From an uncultured Oscillospiraceae bacterium (GTDB lineage: Bacteria; Bacillota; Clostridia; Oscillospirales; Ruminococcaceae), in NCBI GenBank assembly GCA_904397845.1, contig CAJFOX010000032.1:130-64129 (forward strand): DNA of 64,000 bases, written 5' to 3'. Shown in pieces: positions 20,335 through 28,596 of this stretch (position 1 is its first letter; every line of letters begins with the position of its first letter). The position numbers were made by a program, and so were the translations under genes. Below the pieces are notes generated by a model. That model saw nothing but the letters and a program-made list of their open reading frames with translations. It had not been told where the DNA came from and did no database searches.

Positions 20335-22101
20335 TTGAGCACAGGAACATTACGTGTTGAAGTTTATATTGCGCGGGAAGCGCTGCCCTTGCCCGGTGCA
20401 CTGGTAGAAATCTACAATGTAAACGAGTGGCAGTCAGGGAGCCCCCCCATCGCCCGGCTGATAGTCGATGAATCCGGGCAGACCGAAGCGGTGACGCTGA
20501 ATGCGCCCGATGCCGAACTGTCGCAAAGCCCTTGCGAAGGGGTCATTCCCTACAGTACTTATGATGTCATCGTACAGATGAGCGGATACCAGTCCCAGTT
20601 GATTTTGGGCGTCCAGATCTTTGCCGGGGTGGAAGCGCTGCAACAGGTGGAAATGGTGCCGACCCAGGAAAGGCAGCCGCAGGTACTGGTTTCCCAGATC
20701 CCAGTGCACAACCTCGCTGGTCCGCCGCAACCGAATTTAACGGAGTATTCAACCGCGCGCATTCTCGCCCGGGTAGTCATTCCCCAGTATGTCACGGTTC
20801 ATTTGGGAAGGCCCAACGCTTCGGCTGCCAACGTGACAGTAAGCTTTCGCAACTATATTAAAAATGTGGCGTCAAGCGAAATTTATCCCACCTGGCCGGA
20901 AAATGCCCTGCGGGCGAATATTTATTGTCAAATTTCGCTGACGCTCAACCGTATTTTCACCGAATGGTATCGAAGCCGGGGGTATGATTTTGATATCACC
21001 AGTTCTACTTCTTACGACCAGGCATTTATTAACAACCGGGATATTTTTACGAACATCAGCAAGATTGTAGATGAAATTTTTGATACTTATATTCAAAAAA
21101 GTAATTTTACAGAGCCTTTTTACGCAGAGTATTGCGATGGAAGGCAGGTAACCTGTCCGGGTTTAAAGCAGTGGGGCACTGTAACACTGGCAAACCAGGG
21201 CTATACGCCGCTGGGCATTTTACAATATTACTACGGTTATGACATTTCCCTGGTACAGGCGCCAGAGATTTCCGGCACGCCGCAGTCCTATCCGGGCACC
21301 CCGCTGCGGCTGGGTTCCTTCGGCAGTGCGGTGCGGGTAATGCAGCAGCAGCTCAACCGGATTCGGAAGAATTATCCGGCTATCCCGCAGCTGACGGTGG
21401 ACGGACAGTTTGGCAGCGCCACGGAAAGTGCGGTCCGGGCTTTTCAACGGATTTTTAATTTGACGCAGGACGGTATTGTGGGCAAAGCCACCTGGTATAA
21501 AATTTCGTACATCTACGTAGCAGTGACTAAACTGGCGGAAATTTCTTCTGAGGGAAGTATGCTGACGCCGGTAGCCGGGGAATATCCGGGGTATCCCTTA
21601 CGGATTGGCTCTACCGGCGAAGCAGTGGAACAGCTGCAGGTGTGGCTGCGGGCAGCCGGGCGCTTTTATGAAAGCATTCCGCTGATTTCCGCTGTGGATG
21701 GTATTTTCGGCACGGCCACCGAAAACGCGGTAAGGGCTTTCCAGAGAACCTTTAATTTAACGGAAGACGGCATTGTAGGGCCGGCGACCTGGCGGCAGCT
21801 GCAAAGCGTTTACAATAATCTGGAAGGGGATATCAACGCCGGGGCAAGCGGCCCGCCGGTTTATCCGGGAGAACTGCTGCGCGTAGGCTCTCTCGGAGAA
21901 AACGTGCGGATTATGCAGAATTATCTTAACGCCATTGGGCGGGTTTATACAAGCATACCGGCGCTGGTGGCTGACGGCATCTACGGAAATGCCACCGCCA
22001 ATGCGGTGCGCACCTTCCAGCGGCTGTTTGGCCTGACTGTGGATGGCATTATTGGCCGTATTACCTGGAACCGAATTGTAACAGTCTATAACTCGCTGTA
22101 A
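20335..22101 (+). CDS. peptidoglycan-binding protein with three tandem PG_binding_1 repeats
   Basis: TTG 20335 lies 7 nt after GGGAGGA; the alternative is ATG 20287. There are three ~80-aa repeats of the form YPG..LR.GS.G..V...Q..L.......IP.L..DG.FG.AT..AVR.FQR.F.LT.DGI.G..TW. The N-terminal ~330 aa were not confidently assigned. Confidence 0.85.
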   Translation: MSTGTLRVEVYIAREALPLPGALVEIYNVNEWQSGSPPIARLIVDESGQTEAVTLNAPDAELSQSPCEGVIPYSTYDVIVQMSGYQSQLILGVQIFAGVEALQQVEMVPTQERQPQVLVSQIPVHNLAGPPQPNLTEYSTARILARVVIPQYVTVHLGRPNASAANVTVSFRNYIKNVASSEIYPTWPENALRANIYCQISLTLNRIFTEWYRSRGYDFDITSSTSYDQAFINNRDIFTNISKIVDEIFDTYIQKSNFTEPFYAEYCDGRQVTCPGLKQWGTVTLANQGYTPLGILQYYYGYDISLVQAPEISGTPQSYPGTPLRLGSFGSAVRVMQQQLNRIRKNYPAIPQLTVDGQFGSATESAVRAFQRIFNLTQDGIVGKATWYKISYIYVAVTKLAEISSEGSMLTPVAGEYPGYPLRIGSTGEAVEQLQVWLRAAGRFYESIPLISAVDGIFGTATENAVRAFQRTFNLTEDGIVGPATWRQLQSVYNNLEGDINAGASGPPVYPGELLRVGSLGENVRIMQNYLNAIGRVYTSIPALVADGIYGNATANAVRTFQRLFGLTVDGIIGRITWNRIVTVYNSL

Positions 22102-22226
22102 TTCAGGACGGACGAATGATTTTAACCTGCCAAGGCGTGATGCAAAAGAAGAGGCGGCAGGAGCCAACCGCCGATAAGGAAAGATTAAGAATCGGCGAAC
22201 GTAACAGCTGGCAAACAGGCTACGAC

Positions 22227-22272
22227 GAAAGCGGACGGGAAGCCATTCGGCTTCCCGTCCGCTTTCTTTCTA
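22227..22272. terminator. bidirectional terminator (18-bp perfect stem)
   Basis: GAAAGCGGACGGGAAGCC-attc-GGCTTCCCGTCCGCTTTC followed by TTTCTATTT. Confidence 0.8.
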
Positions 22273-22414
22273 TTTCGCAGAGTGATAGAATCGTGGTTAG
22301 CAAAGGATGGATTTACATAAAACAGGATCAATCGATCATTCCCGAAATGGTCAAGCGGCCTTCAAATTGCTGTTTATCAGTGTTCTAAAACCGCAAAACA
22401 ACGGTTTTCCGAAT

Positions 22415-23083
22415 TTAAAATGATTCGCTTACAAACGTAATGTTGACATCGCCGTTATTGCTAGACACATTGAGCGTTTTTTCTCCGCCGTCTTTGTTGT
22501 CCGGCAAATTGCTCTCACCTTTTTTGATTTCTGTTTGAATGGCAAAATCATCATAGCTTCCTACAACCGCTCCCGAAATATCTCCGTTTTTAACCGTTAA
22601 GTATATGGCACTTCCTACCTCTAAATTCCCAAATGTAATATTTCCCCTGTTAGAAGAGATATTTATACTTTTTGTAATAGCCAGAGCCGGAAGCGATATA
22701 TCTTCATTTGTCGTGGACAGTGTGAGGGTGTCTAAAAGTGCGTCCGGTATCTGCAACAATATTTTCCGATTTTCGGCAGAGGGCTTTCCTCCAATATAAT
22801 CTGTCCAATCCTTGTTGCTTGCGCTAGTCATCGTTAATACCTGTTCATCTGAAACCGTAATGTCATACGTTTCCTGGCTATTCTCAAAATAGGAAATGTG
22901 GATTTGATCGTCCTCTGATATTGACACTTCAATTTGTCTGTCGCGTACATCAAGGCAGACCTCTTTGATCTGTGTATCTGGCGTATAGCTTTTTTCCTTA
23001 AAAGGCTCGCTGTTGTTTGGGCAACCCGAAAAAAGGAAACAGCCCAATATAAGCCCCAATATAAGTGAAATGATTTTCTTCAT
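22415..23083 (-). CDS. DUF4097-like lipoprotein
   Basis: MKKIISLILGLILGCFLFSGC has a signal peptide and lipobox. The repetitive beta-strand C-terminus (NISSNRGNITFGNLEV...VKNGDISG...SSNNGDVNITF) resembles DUF4097. Confidence 0.7.
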   Translation of the reverse strand: MKKIISLILGLILGCFLFSGCPNNSEPFKEKSYTPDTQIKEVCLDVRDRQIEVSISEDDQIHISYFENSQETYDITVSDEQVLTMTSASNKDWTDYIGGKPSAENRKILLQIPDALLDTLTLSTTNEDISLPALAITKSINISSNRGNITFGNLEVGSAIYLTVKNGDISGAVVGSYDDFAIQTEIKKGESNLPDNKDGGEKTLNVSSNNGDVNITFVSESF

Positions 23084-23109
23084 AGCGATTCCTCCCTAAT
23101 TTTACAGAT

Positions 23110-23292
23110 TAGAATACCAATTTTAATTCATAGCAGCATTCATTATGATCCGTTTTTCCCGTGAACTGAAATCCCCAAGAAAGACATCGTCTTTTAGCAA
23201 ATTTATTTGCGTTATTTATCATTAAGATGGGTAATGTTTTTTAGTACGGTTGCTTGCCCGTACTGTTTTGTTACTTGTTTGAGTTCTATCAT
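23110..23292 (-). pseudogene. decayed remnant of an ABC-transporter ATPase N-terminus
   Basis: GGAGGA then ATG 23292. MIELKQVTKQYGQATVLKNITHLNDK stops at TAA 23212-23214. The +1 frame continues ...CLSWGFQFTGKTDH, a GxxxxGKT Walker-A-like string, then stops. Nothing beyond ~60 aa of the usual ~230 remains. Confidence 0.45.
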
Positions 23293-23359
23293 GTAGCCAT
23301 TCCTCCAAAACAGCATGGACGTGTTCTATTGATTTTTGCAATATCCTATACTAGAATGC

Positions 23360-23390
23360 ATTGTAAACCTTTGTGTTACACAAAAGTCAA
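23360..23390 (-). promoter_or_regulatory. MerR-type promoter: -35 TTGACT, 19-nt spacer with dyad, -10 TACAAT
   Basis: The minus strand reads TTGACT-TTTGTGTAACACAAAGGTT-TACAAT. The dyad TTTGTGT-A-ACACAAA is centred in the 19-nt spacer. It is divergent from the MerR gene at 23406. Confidence 0.6.
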
Positions 23391-23405
23391 TAGGAGAAAA
23401 TAGAA

Positions 23406-24188
23406 ATGAAGAAATATTTTTCAGTTGGAGAAGCTGCAAAGGCCGTCCATACAACGAGCGAGACACTGCGGCATTATGACCGCATTGGATTAGTGAAGCC
23501 GAGCAAAAAAGACGAATGGACGAATTACCGCTATTATACCGAGCAGGACATTGTTCGGCTGAATACGGTACGGGCTTTGCAGCTTATGGACCTGCCTTTG
23601 CAGGAGATAAAAAAGGTTTTAGAATATGACGATCTTGAAAAAATTGTGGACTTTCTAGCGCAAGCAGAAAAAAAGGCTGATGAAAAAATAACAGCGCTCC
23701 AGTACAGTAAATCAAAAATTCAGTTGGCAAAGGCGGGCTATGAAAGGAAACTACAAAAACAACAAAGGTTCAACAACGCTTTTCTCAAAGAATATCCAGA
23801 ACGTGTTATTTTGCTTTCCGATACCCTGGAAGTGCCAACCCTTGATAATCTTTGGAATTATCTCGGCCATTTTTATGACAAAGTTACGCCTGCCTTAAAA
23901 GAACAATTTGATTTTGAGGATTTAGCTGGCATATATACCGAAAATGGAATAACGAGACTTTTTGCTGTTTGTGTCCGTTATGGGACGATAGACGGATTAA
24001 AGAGATTGCCAAAAGGAAAATACCTGTGCGCTAACTGCACGGAAGAAAAGAGAGAGCAAATGTTGCGCGAGCTAATCCATATAGCTCAAACGAAATATGG
24101 CGTAGAGCCGACATTTACAGTGCAACTCATTGTTGTATCAGGTATTTTGCAATGGAATTATCAAGTGCAGGTTTATGTGGATGGATAG
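23406..24188 (+). CDS. MerR-family transcriptional regulator with C-terminal effector-binding domain
   Basis: FSVGEAAKAVHTTSETLRHYDRIGLVKP...YRYYTEQDIVRLNTVRALQLMDLPLQEIKKVL is a MerR HTH plus coiled coil. The ~150-aa C-terminal domain is GyrI-like in size. Confidence 0.9.
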   Translation: MKKYFSVGEAAKAVHTTSETLRHYDRIGLVKPSKKDEWTNYRYYTEQDIVRLNTVRALQLMDLPLQEIKKVLEYDDLEKIVDFLAQAEKKADEKITALQYSKSKIQLAKAGYERKLQKQQRFNNAFLKEYPERVILLSDTLEVPTLDNLWNYLGHFYDKVTPALKEQFDFEDLAGIYTENGITRLFAVCVRYGTIDGLKRLPKGKYLCANCTEEKREQMLRELIHIAQTKYGVEPTFTVQLIVVSGILQWNYQVQVYVDG

Positions 24189-24550
24189 TACATTAAGACA
24201 GAAATATGTTTCATTTGCTTGGGCCCTTTCCATTTTTATCCCCCCAAAAGCGCAACAGATACCGTCTTTCGGACGAGGATATTGAGCGAGAGGGAGGAGA
24301 GGACGTGGGATTTTCCCAACACCGGGATCTCCGAAAAGCCGTTTGCTTTTTAGGCGGAAGCAAGCCAAAAAGGCAAACGGGTACCCCTTTACGAGGTTTG
24401 CCCCGCCCTATTTTAAAGGGAGCGGGAACGGGCAATCCCTTGCATAAAACGATAAAATCAGAGGGATGGGTCTTTGAAAGGGAAGTTTCCTGCGGCGGTC
24501 CTGAACGGCACTACGACAAGATCATGCGCCTTATCAAAACGGAAAACCGC

Positions 24551-24593
24551 AAAGAAAAAGCAGGACAGCATGGTAATTGCCATGCTGTCCTGC
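24551..24593 (-). terminator. intrinsic terminator downstream of the flippase gene
   Basis: 14-bp perfect stem GCAGGACAGCATGG/CCATGCTGTCCTGC. On the minus strand it is followed by TTTTTCTTT. Confidence 0.85.
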
Positions 24594-24655
24594 AAGACGT
24601 AGTGACATCGGAATGCGAGGATCACTGCTCTTCGTCTTATAAAAAGGCTCGCCCG

Positions 24656-26305
24656 TCAGGGGAGCAGATGCAGCCGCTGTGCCAGGCGAACCACCCGCCC
24701 GCCAAAGGGAAGGTCGTATAACTCCTGCCGGGAGAAACAGCGGAACCATAACAGGCAGAAGCAATAGACCAGAACCGCAACCAAAATGGCGGCGGCAGTG
24801 CTGAGGGAATGGCGTTCGGTTAGGGAAAAGAGAGCGGTATAAGTGCCTCGGGCGAACAGCCCCATAATTGCCGAGGAAATCAACGGGATAAAAAAGGTCT
24901 TCCCGACTTCCTGCCGGTAGGATAAGGCGATCCCCACCGATCGCCAATTCAGCACGCAGATTACCAATGGGAAGGTTACGTTGCCAATGATCAGCCCATA
25001 GATACCGAGATCGGTGAACCGGAGCAGCAGATATAAAAGAACTACATGCAGCCCCATCGAGATAGCGCTGTGGATGACCGGCGTACGCATTTGGTTTATG
25101 CTTTGCAGTACGGCACTGGTAATGGTAGAAAGGGCGAAAAAAACCACGGCAGAGGATCCATAGACCAGCAGGTTGGAGGAGAGATCACGATAGGCGGTCA
25201 GCGAAGGGAACAGCAGCGTTAAAATCGGACGTGCCAGGACCGCAAGCCCAACAGCGGCTGGAATTGCCACCGCTATGTTGAATTTAATGACGCCCCGGAT
25301 TTTCCTCCGGATTTCCCGCCGGTTGCCGGAAGCGGTAGAGGCAGCGATACTGGGAATGGTGGAAGAGGCCATGGCAGTAGCCACAGCCACCGGAGCATTG
25401 ATCAAAATGTTATACTGAGAATTAAAAACACCCTGTAAGGAACTGATGGTAGCGTTATCGATTCCCTTGGCGTCCATGAGGTTGCCGAACATCAGATCAT
25501 CCAGCGTAAAACCAATTTGATAGACGGTCTGACTGAGAATAACCGGTATGACCGTGATCATAAGCGATTTCAGGATTTCCTGCGGGGATTCCGTGATGCC
25601 GTATGGATCGCTCCTGAGTTGACGGCGCAGATGAGGCCGGCAGAGGGAGAAAATAAAAATCAGGAAAACAAGGGCTGCCAACGCGCCGGCAAGCGTACCC
25701 ATTATACCGCCCGCCGCGCCATAGGCGGCCTGCTGCTGAGACTCGGCAAAAACCTTCATCATCCAGGAGATAGCGGCAATGCTGACCAGCGCATTGACAA
25801 TCTGTTCCAGCAGCTGGGAAACGGCGGTAGGAATCATCGTATTTTTTCCCTGAAAAAAGCCGCGGAGGATCCCCAGGCCCGACATAACCAGGACCGTGGG
25901 GGCGACAATGCGAAGAGGCTTTGCCAATCCATCCCGGGCGTAAAGTTCCTCTAAAAAGTCCGCGCCGAAAAAAAGAAACAGAGCTGCCGCTGCACCGACG
26001 GCTAAAGAAAAAATAAGCGCGACGCGGAAAAGACGGTAAGCATTCTGATGCTGCTTTTGAATAGAACGCTGGGCAATCAGTTTGGACACCGCCAGCGGCA
26101 GGCTGCTGGAGGACAGTGTCAAAGTGACGCTGTAAATACCGTAAGCAACCGAGTAGATGCCATTACCGACGTCTCCCAGCAGGTTGGACATGGGGATCCG
26201 GTAAAGAATGCCGATCAACCGTACCAGGATGCCGGCAACGGCAAGAATGCTTCCCTGCCGCAGCAGGTCGTTTTTTCGCTGTGTAGACATGTTTTGCTCT
26301 CCCAA
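24656..26305 (-). CDS. MOP-superfamily flippase (MurJ/SpoVB-like polysaccharide biosynthesis protein)
   Basis: 549 aa, about 14 TM. LRQGSILAVAGILVRLIGILYRIPMSNLLGDVGNGIYSVAYGIYSVTLTLSSSSLPLAVSKLIA resembles SpoVB/MurJ N-termini. Confidence 0.8.
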   Translation of the reverse strand: MGEQNMSTQRKNDLLRQGSILAVAGILVRLIGILYRIPMSNLLGDVGNGIYSVAYGIYSVTLTLSSSSLPLAVSKLIAQRSIQKQHQNAYRLFRVALIFSLAVGAAAALFLFFGADFLEELYARDGLAKPLRIVAPTVLVMSGLGILRGFFQGKNTMIPTAVSQLLEQIVNALVSIAAISWMMKVFAESQQQAAYGAAGGIMGTLAGALAALVFLIFIFSLCRPHLRRQLRSDPYGITESPQEILKSLMITVIPVILSQTVYQIGFTLDDLMFGNLMDAKGIDNATISSLQGVFNSQYNILINAPVAVATAMASSTIPSIAASTASGNRREIRRKIRGVIKFNIAVAIPAAVGLAVLARPILTLLFPSLTAYRDLSSNLLVYGSSAVVFFALSTITSAVLQSINQMRTPVIHSAISMGLHVVLLYLLLRFTDLGIYGLIIGNVTFPLVICVLNWRSVGIALSYRQEVGKTFFIPLISSAIMGLFARGTYTALFSLTERHSLSTAAAILVAVLVYCFCLLWFRCFSRQELYDLPFGGRVVRLAQRLHLLP

Positions 26306-26612
26306 TTGAATCTGGATTCTGAATCCGCAAAAGAAACCCCAAGCCCAGCGGGCGGATGAATCACAAATGAATGATAGGTATGGTTATTATAGCATTTTTT
26401 GGTGCGCTCTGGAATCTTTTTTCAGAAAATTCGAGTTTTGGGAACAAAATCCTGCCGGGCCGATTGACAAGCGGCTTACACACGGTAGAATAAAGACAAA
26501 AGACCATTATCCGCCGGAGAAAACGGATGTTGAAAATAGTGGGATCCGGCGGAAAAGGATGCGGTATTATCTTGCAAAAACTTTTGGAAACAGGAAAACG
26601 GAGGAAATCACA

Positions 26613-27638
26613 ATGGATTTTATTGATTTGAGAAGTGATACGGTTACCCGTCCTACAGAGGAAATGCGCACTGCCATGGCAGCCGCACCGGTGGGCGACG
26701 ATGTATATGGGGACGACCCTACGGTACGGCAGCTGGAAGAATTGGCCGCCAGAACCCTGGGCAAGGAAGCGGCGATGTTCGTTCCCTCCGGCACCATGGG
26801 GAACCAGGTCTCCATCATGACTCATACCCGCCGGGGCGATGAGGTAATCTGCAGCGAAAACGCCCACATCGTTGTCCATGAAGTGGGGGCAACAGCAGTG
26901 CTCTCAGGCGTTTGCCTGCGGACGGTAAAGAGCGACGACGACCAGCTGACGGCCGAAGCAGTGGAGCGGGCGGTGAGGCCCGACGATATCCACATGCCCC
27001 GGACAGGTCTGGTGGAAATGGAAAACGCTCTTTCCAACGGCAGAGTTATGCCGTTGGAAAAGATGAAAGAGGTCTACGAAGCCGCGCACCGGCATGGATT
27101 GCCGGTTCATCTGGACGGAGCCAGAATTTTTAACGCAGCCGCCGCGCTGGGGGTTGAGGCAAGAGAAATTGCCCAATATGGAGACAGCGTAATGTTTTGC
27201 CTGTCCAAAGGATTATGCGCACCGGTAGGATCAGTGGTATGCGCCACGGAAGACTTTATCGCCAGGGCCAGGAAAAACCGGAAAATGGTAGGCGGCGGAA
27301 TGCGTCAGTGCGGTATTTTGGCGGCAGCTGGAATGATCGCTATTGAAAAGATGTCCAAACGGGTGGGGGAGGACCACGAAAATGCCCGATACTTTGCCCA
27401 AAAGCTGGCGGCGCTGCCCGATGTGACAGTAGATATGGATGCAGTCCAGATCAGTATGGTCTTTTTTACCATTGATAGACCCGGGTTTGACCATCAGAAC
27501 TTCCCAGCGGCCATGCGGGAAAAAGGGATTTTGATAAATGGCATCGAGGATGGAAAATACCGCTTTGTAACCCATTACTGGGTAGGGAAAAAAGAGATTG
27601 ATCAGGTAGTGGATACGCTGGCGCAGCTGCTTGCATAA
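26613..27638 (+). CDS. ltaE: low-specificity L-threonine aldolase
   Basis: Track ORF trimmed to ATG 26613 (GGAGGA upstream). MDFIDLRSDTVTRPTEEMRTAMAAAPVGDDVYGDDPTV...GTMGNQV...SKGLCAPVGS is the beta-eliminating lyase/threonine aldolase family. Confidence 0.9.
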   Translation: MDFIDLRSDTVTRPTEEMRTAMAAAPVGDDVYGDDPTVRQLEELAARTLGKEAAMFVPSGTMGNQVSIMTHTRRGDEVICSENAHIVVHEVGATAVLSGVCLRTVKSDDDQLTAEAVERAVRPDDIHMPRTGLVEMENALSNGRVMPLEKMKEVYEAAHRHGLPVHLDGARIFNAAAALGVEAREIAQYGDSVMFCLSKGLCAPVGSVVCATEDFIARARKNRKMVGGGMRQCGILAAAGMIAIEKMSKRVGEDHENARYFAQKLAALPDVTVDMDAVQISMVFFTIDRPGFDHQNFPAAMREKGILINGIEDGKYRFVTHYWVGKKEIDQVVDTLAQLLA

Positions 27639-27982
27639 GGAGTGTTCGCCAGTCAGGGACAGAGTATACAAACCGGCTGTCCGGCCAGTTTGGAAAGTTG
27701 CTTTCTTCGACGATTTTTTGGGATGGGCTTTACTTTTTGATGATTTTCGTATACTATAAAAATAGAGTCTCTATTGGCTGGGGACCGCGTCCGTTTGGAA
27801 GAGGTCCGATCAAAAGGGCAAGGAGGATGCAAGCGATGGCGACAGGCGCGGCAGCACTGCTGGCAGGAAATAGACAGGAAAATTCTGGATGTGCTTTGGC
27901 GTTTTTCCGGATTTTCAGGGGTAAGTGTAGCCATCTGGGCCTTTGCGGCGGGAGCAGTGTATCCTCTCAAACAAAATAGGTG

Positions 27983-28018
27983 CAGCCTGTGGCCAGTCCA
28001 CGGGCTGTTTTCTTTTTT
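27983..28018 (+). terminator. terminator/attenuator directly upstream of purE
   Basis: CAGCCTGTGG-ccagt-CCACGGGCTG (10 bp, one G-U) followed by TTTTCTTTTTT. It ends 18 nt before the purE ATG. Confidence 0.8.
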
Positions 28019-28035
28019 CAGAAAGGATGGGTCAA

Positions 28036-28533
28036 ATGAAAAAAGTTGCGGTCATCATGGGAAGTGACAGTGACTTCCCGGTGATGAAAAACGCGGTGAA
28101 ATCACTCAAGGATATGGGAATTCCGGTGGAAGTACATGTGCTTTCCGCTCACCGGACACCGAAAGAAGCTGGGGAATTTGCGTCTGCTGCCCGGGAGAAT
28201 GGCTTTGGCGTAATGATCGCCGCAGCTGGAAAAGCGGCTCATTTGGCTGGCGTTTTGGCCGGGCACACGACTCTGCCGGTGATCGGTGTGCCGATGAAGG
28301 CGTCGGTGTTGGATGGGATAGACGCGCTGCTGGCTACCGTTCAGATGCCAAAAGGAGTGCCGGTTGCTACGGTTGCCATTGACGGGGCGGACAATGCGGC
28401 GCTTTTGGCCGCGCAGATCCTGGCAGTTGCGGAACCGGCGCTGGCGGACAAGCTGGAGGCCCAGAAGCAGGAAATGGCACGGCAGGTGCTGGAAAAAGAC
28501 AAAAAGCTGCAGGAGGAAGCGGCGGCGCTTTAA
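28036..28533 (+). CDS. purE: 5-(carboxyamino)imidazole ribonucleotide mutase (class I-like PurE)
   Basis: Trimmed to ATG 28036. VAVIMGSDSDFPVM...LSAHRTP...AAAGKAAHLAGV...VQMPKGVPVATVAI is PurE. The SAHR/AAHL motifs are class-I-like. Confidence 0.93.
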   Translation: MKKVAVIMGSDSDFPVMKNAVKSLKDMGIPVEVHVLSAHRTPKEAGEFASAARENGFGVMIAAAGKAAHLAGVLAGHTTLPVIGVPMKASVLDGIDALLATVQMPKGVPVATVAIDGADNAALLAAQILAVAEPALADKLEAQKQEMARQVLEKDKKLQEEAAAL

Positions 28534-28596
28534 AAAGCAGATGATTGGACGATGAAAATGCCGAAAGGCAATGATTGCAATATGGAGGAGATTATT

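Noticed and set aside
22116-22388. A 90-aa plus-strand ORF between the PG-binding gene and the DUF4097 gene.
   Set aside because: It contains the 18-bp bidirectional terminator hairpin within its coding frame. It has no RBS and an implausible composition.
24351-24368. The GGAA-containing loop AGGCGGAAGCAAGCC looked like the SRP RNA helix 8 tetraloop region.
   Set aside because: The flanking symmetric-loop nucleotides (AGGUCC...GGAAGCAGCC) and the rest of an SRP or 4.5S scaffold are absent. I also found no tmRNA tag frame, tmRNA acceptor end or RNase P GGAAAGUCC box.
24206-24721. A 171-aa plus-strand ORF, with an internal GTG preceded by GGGAGGAGAGG, in the merR-flippase gap.
   Set aside because: It reads through the 14-bp terminator hairpin and overlaps the 3' end of the convergent flippase gene. 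Its composition is Arg/Gly/Pro/Lys-rich and resembles no protein family I recognise. The region is treated as non-coding.
27641-27658. The minus strand reads GTCCCTGACTGGCGAACA, which resembles the ZTP riboswitch core GGGUCGUGACUGGCGAAC.
   Set aside because: It is on the wrong strand for purE, overlaps the ltaE stop region, and is not followed by the P2 helix or the CCGCCUGGGC pseudoknot partner. Judged a chance match.
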